Positions 62,971 to 64,000 of a DNA stretch of 64,000 bases are shown here, one piece after another. Positions within the stretch are counted from its first letter, which is position 1; each line of letters opens with the position of its first letter. The DNA lies in assembly GCF_006345805.1 (NCBI RefSeq), contig NC_043013.1, positions 54,870,001-54,934,000 on the forward strand, given 5' to 3'. The DNA is from Octopus sinensis. Taxonomy: Eukaryota. A program made the translations under genes and the position numbers. The notes under the pieces were generated by a model that saw only the letters and a program-made list of their open reading frames with translations, did not search any database and was not told where the DNA came from.

Positions 62971-63304
62971 ATAGTATGAATATGTCATTTCATGAGTGTG
63001 TGTGTGTGTGTGTGTGTGAATGGGTGTTGCTGTATGCTTCGGCGTGTTTGTTGGTGTGGCTGTGCACAGCGAGAAAGAGACAGACAGACAGAGTGTGTGT
63101 GTTCATGGTGGAAGGAAAGAGTTGAATAATGCAAAAAGGTGCCAAATATAACCCAGAAATAACATATCCTAGGATTATAGAAATGTGTTTCTTTAGTATT
63201 TCAGAGAAAATAGCTTTCTTATGAATAAGACAAAATATATACACACACACATACACACACACACACAAAAACACACACAATGTAGCACATATGCATACAC
63301 ATGA

Positions 63305-63410
63305 TCAGATTGGAACCTGGTGCAGACTCCTGGCTTACCAGTCCTCAGTCACACTGTCCAACCCATGCCAGCATGGAAAAACGGACGTTAAACGATAATG
63401 ATGATGATAG
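63305..63410 (+). mobile_element. Family C 3' terminal fragment
   Basis: aacccatgccagcatggaaaaacggacgttaaacg followed by (gat)n. Confidence 0.85.
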
Positions 63411-64000
63411 ATAGATAGATTCTTCTAAGTAGGTTTGTATTGGTGTATTTGGGTGAGTGTGTGTGTGTGTGTTGTGTCTGCACACATGCAAATGACTTGT
63501 TTTTTGTCTTTTTATTCCCTCGGTCTGAAAGAAGGGGCTGATCCCTGCCCTTTCTATTCTAGTTGATGACTGCAGAAAAAAAAATGCTATTCCAGAGGGT
63601 TGTCAGTCTGAGCAGGAAGGATTGGGTAGAGTGGTATTAAATGGTGGTGGTGGTGTTGGGAGGGATGAACACAATATGGGTGATGAGTGAATGAAAAGGA
63701 GTTGAGTAGAGAGGGGGGGTGATTCAAGAGCTTTCAGGAGCAGAGGTCATTATGGCAGTTGTAGAACTGGCTGAGAGAGGAAAGTAGAGCAGAAGATGGT
63801 GGTGGTGGTGGAGGTGGCCAACTTCATTTAGGAGTCATTCTTTGGATGCAGTGTAGGATGTCTATGTATTTGTGCGTATAAATGTGTGTGTATGTGTGAG
63901 GGGGAGTAAGTGTGGTGTGTGTGTGTGTGTGTGTGTGTGTGTGCATACAGGTATCTAATTTTCATTTTGGATTCTCACAGCCACTTGAATATACATACAT

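Overview
This is AT-rich, microsatellite-dense animal genomic DNA. Its repeat landscape resembles a coleoid cephalopod (Octopus-like); that assignment is inference from remembered repeat families. Almost all ORFs in the supplied track are simple-repeat artefacts. The real content is transposon debris: several tRNA-headed SINE families, a truncated RTE LINE with its dispersed 3' UTR copies, three RLE (R4/Dong-like) LINE fragments, a Tc1 DD34E fragment, a DD37D maT fragment and a piggyBac-like MITE. Missed by the ORF track is a chain of about 15 short minus-strand exon candidates (40498 down to 2306), 13 of which splice in phase into about 336 open codons. These show weak but colinear resemblance to the middle of FANCA (hypothesis only). 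Also not in the track are three different minimal hammerhead-ribozyme-like motifs (2700-2737, 45059-45093, 52785-52828) inside short elements lodged in microsatellites, plus large foldback repeats, together suggesting Penelope-like or retrozyme-like elements. All calls were made by eye without tools.
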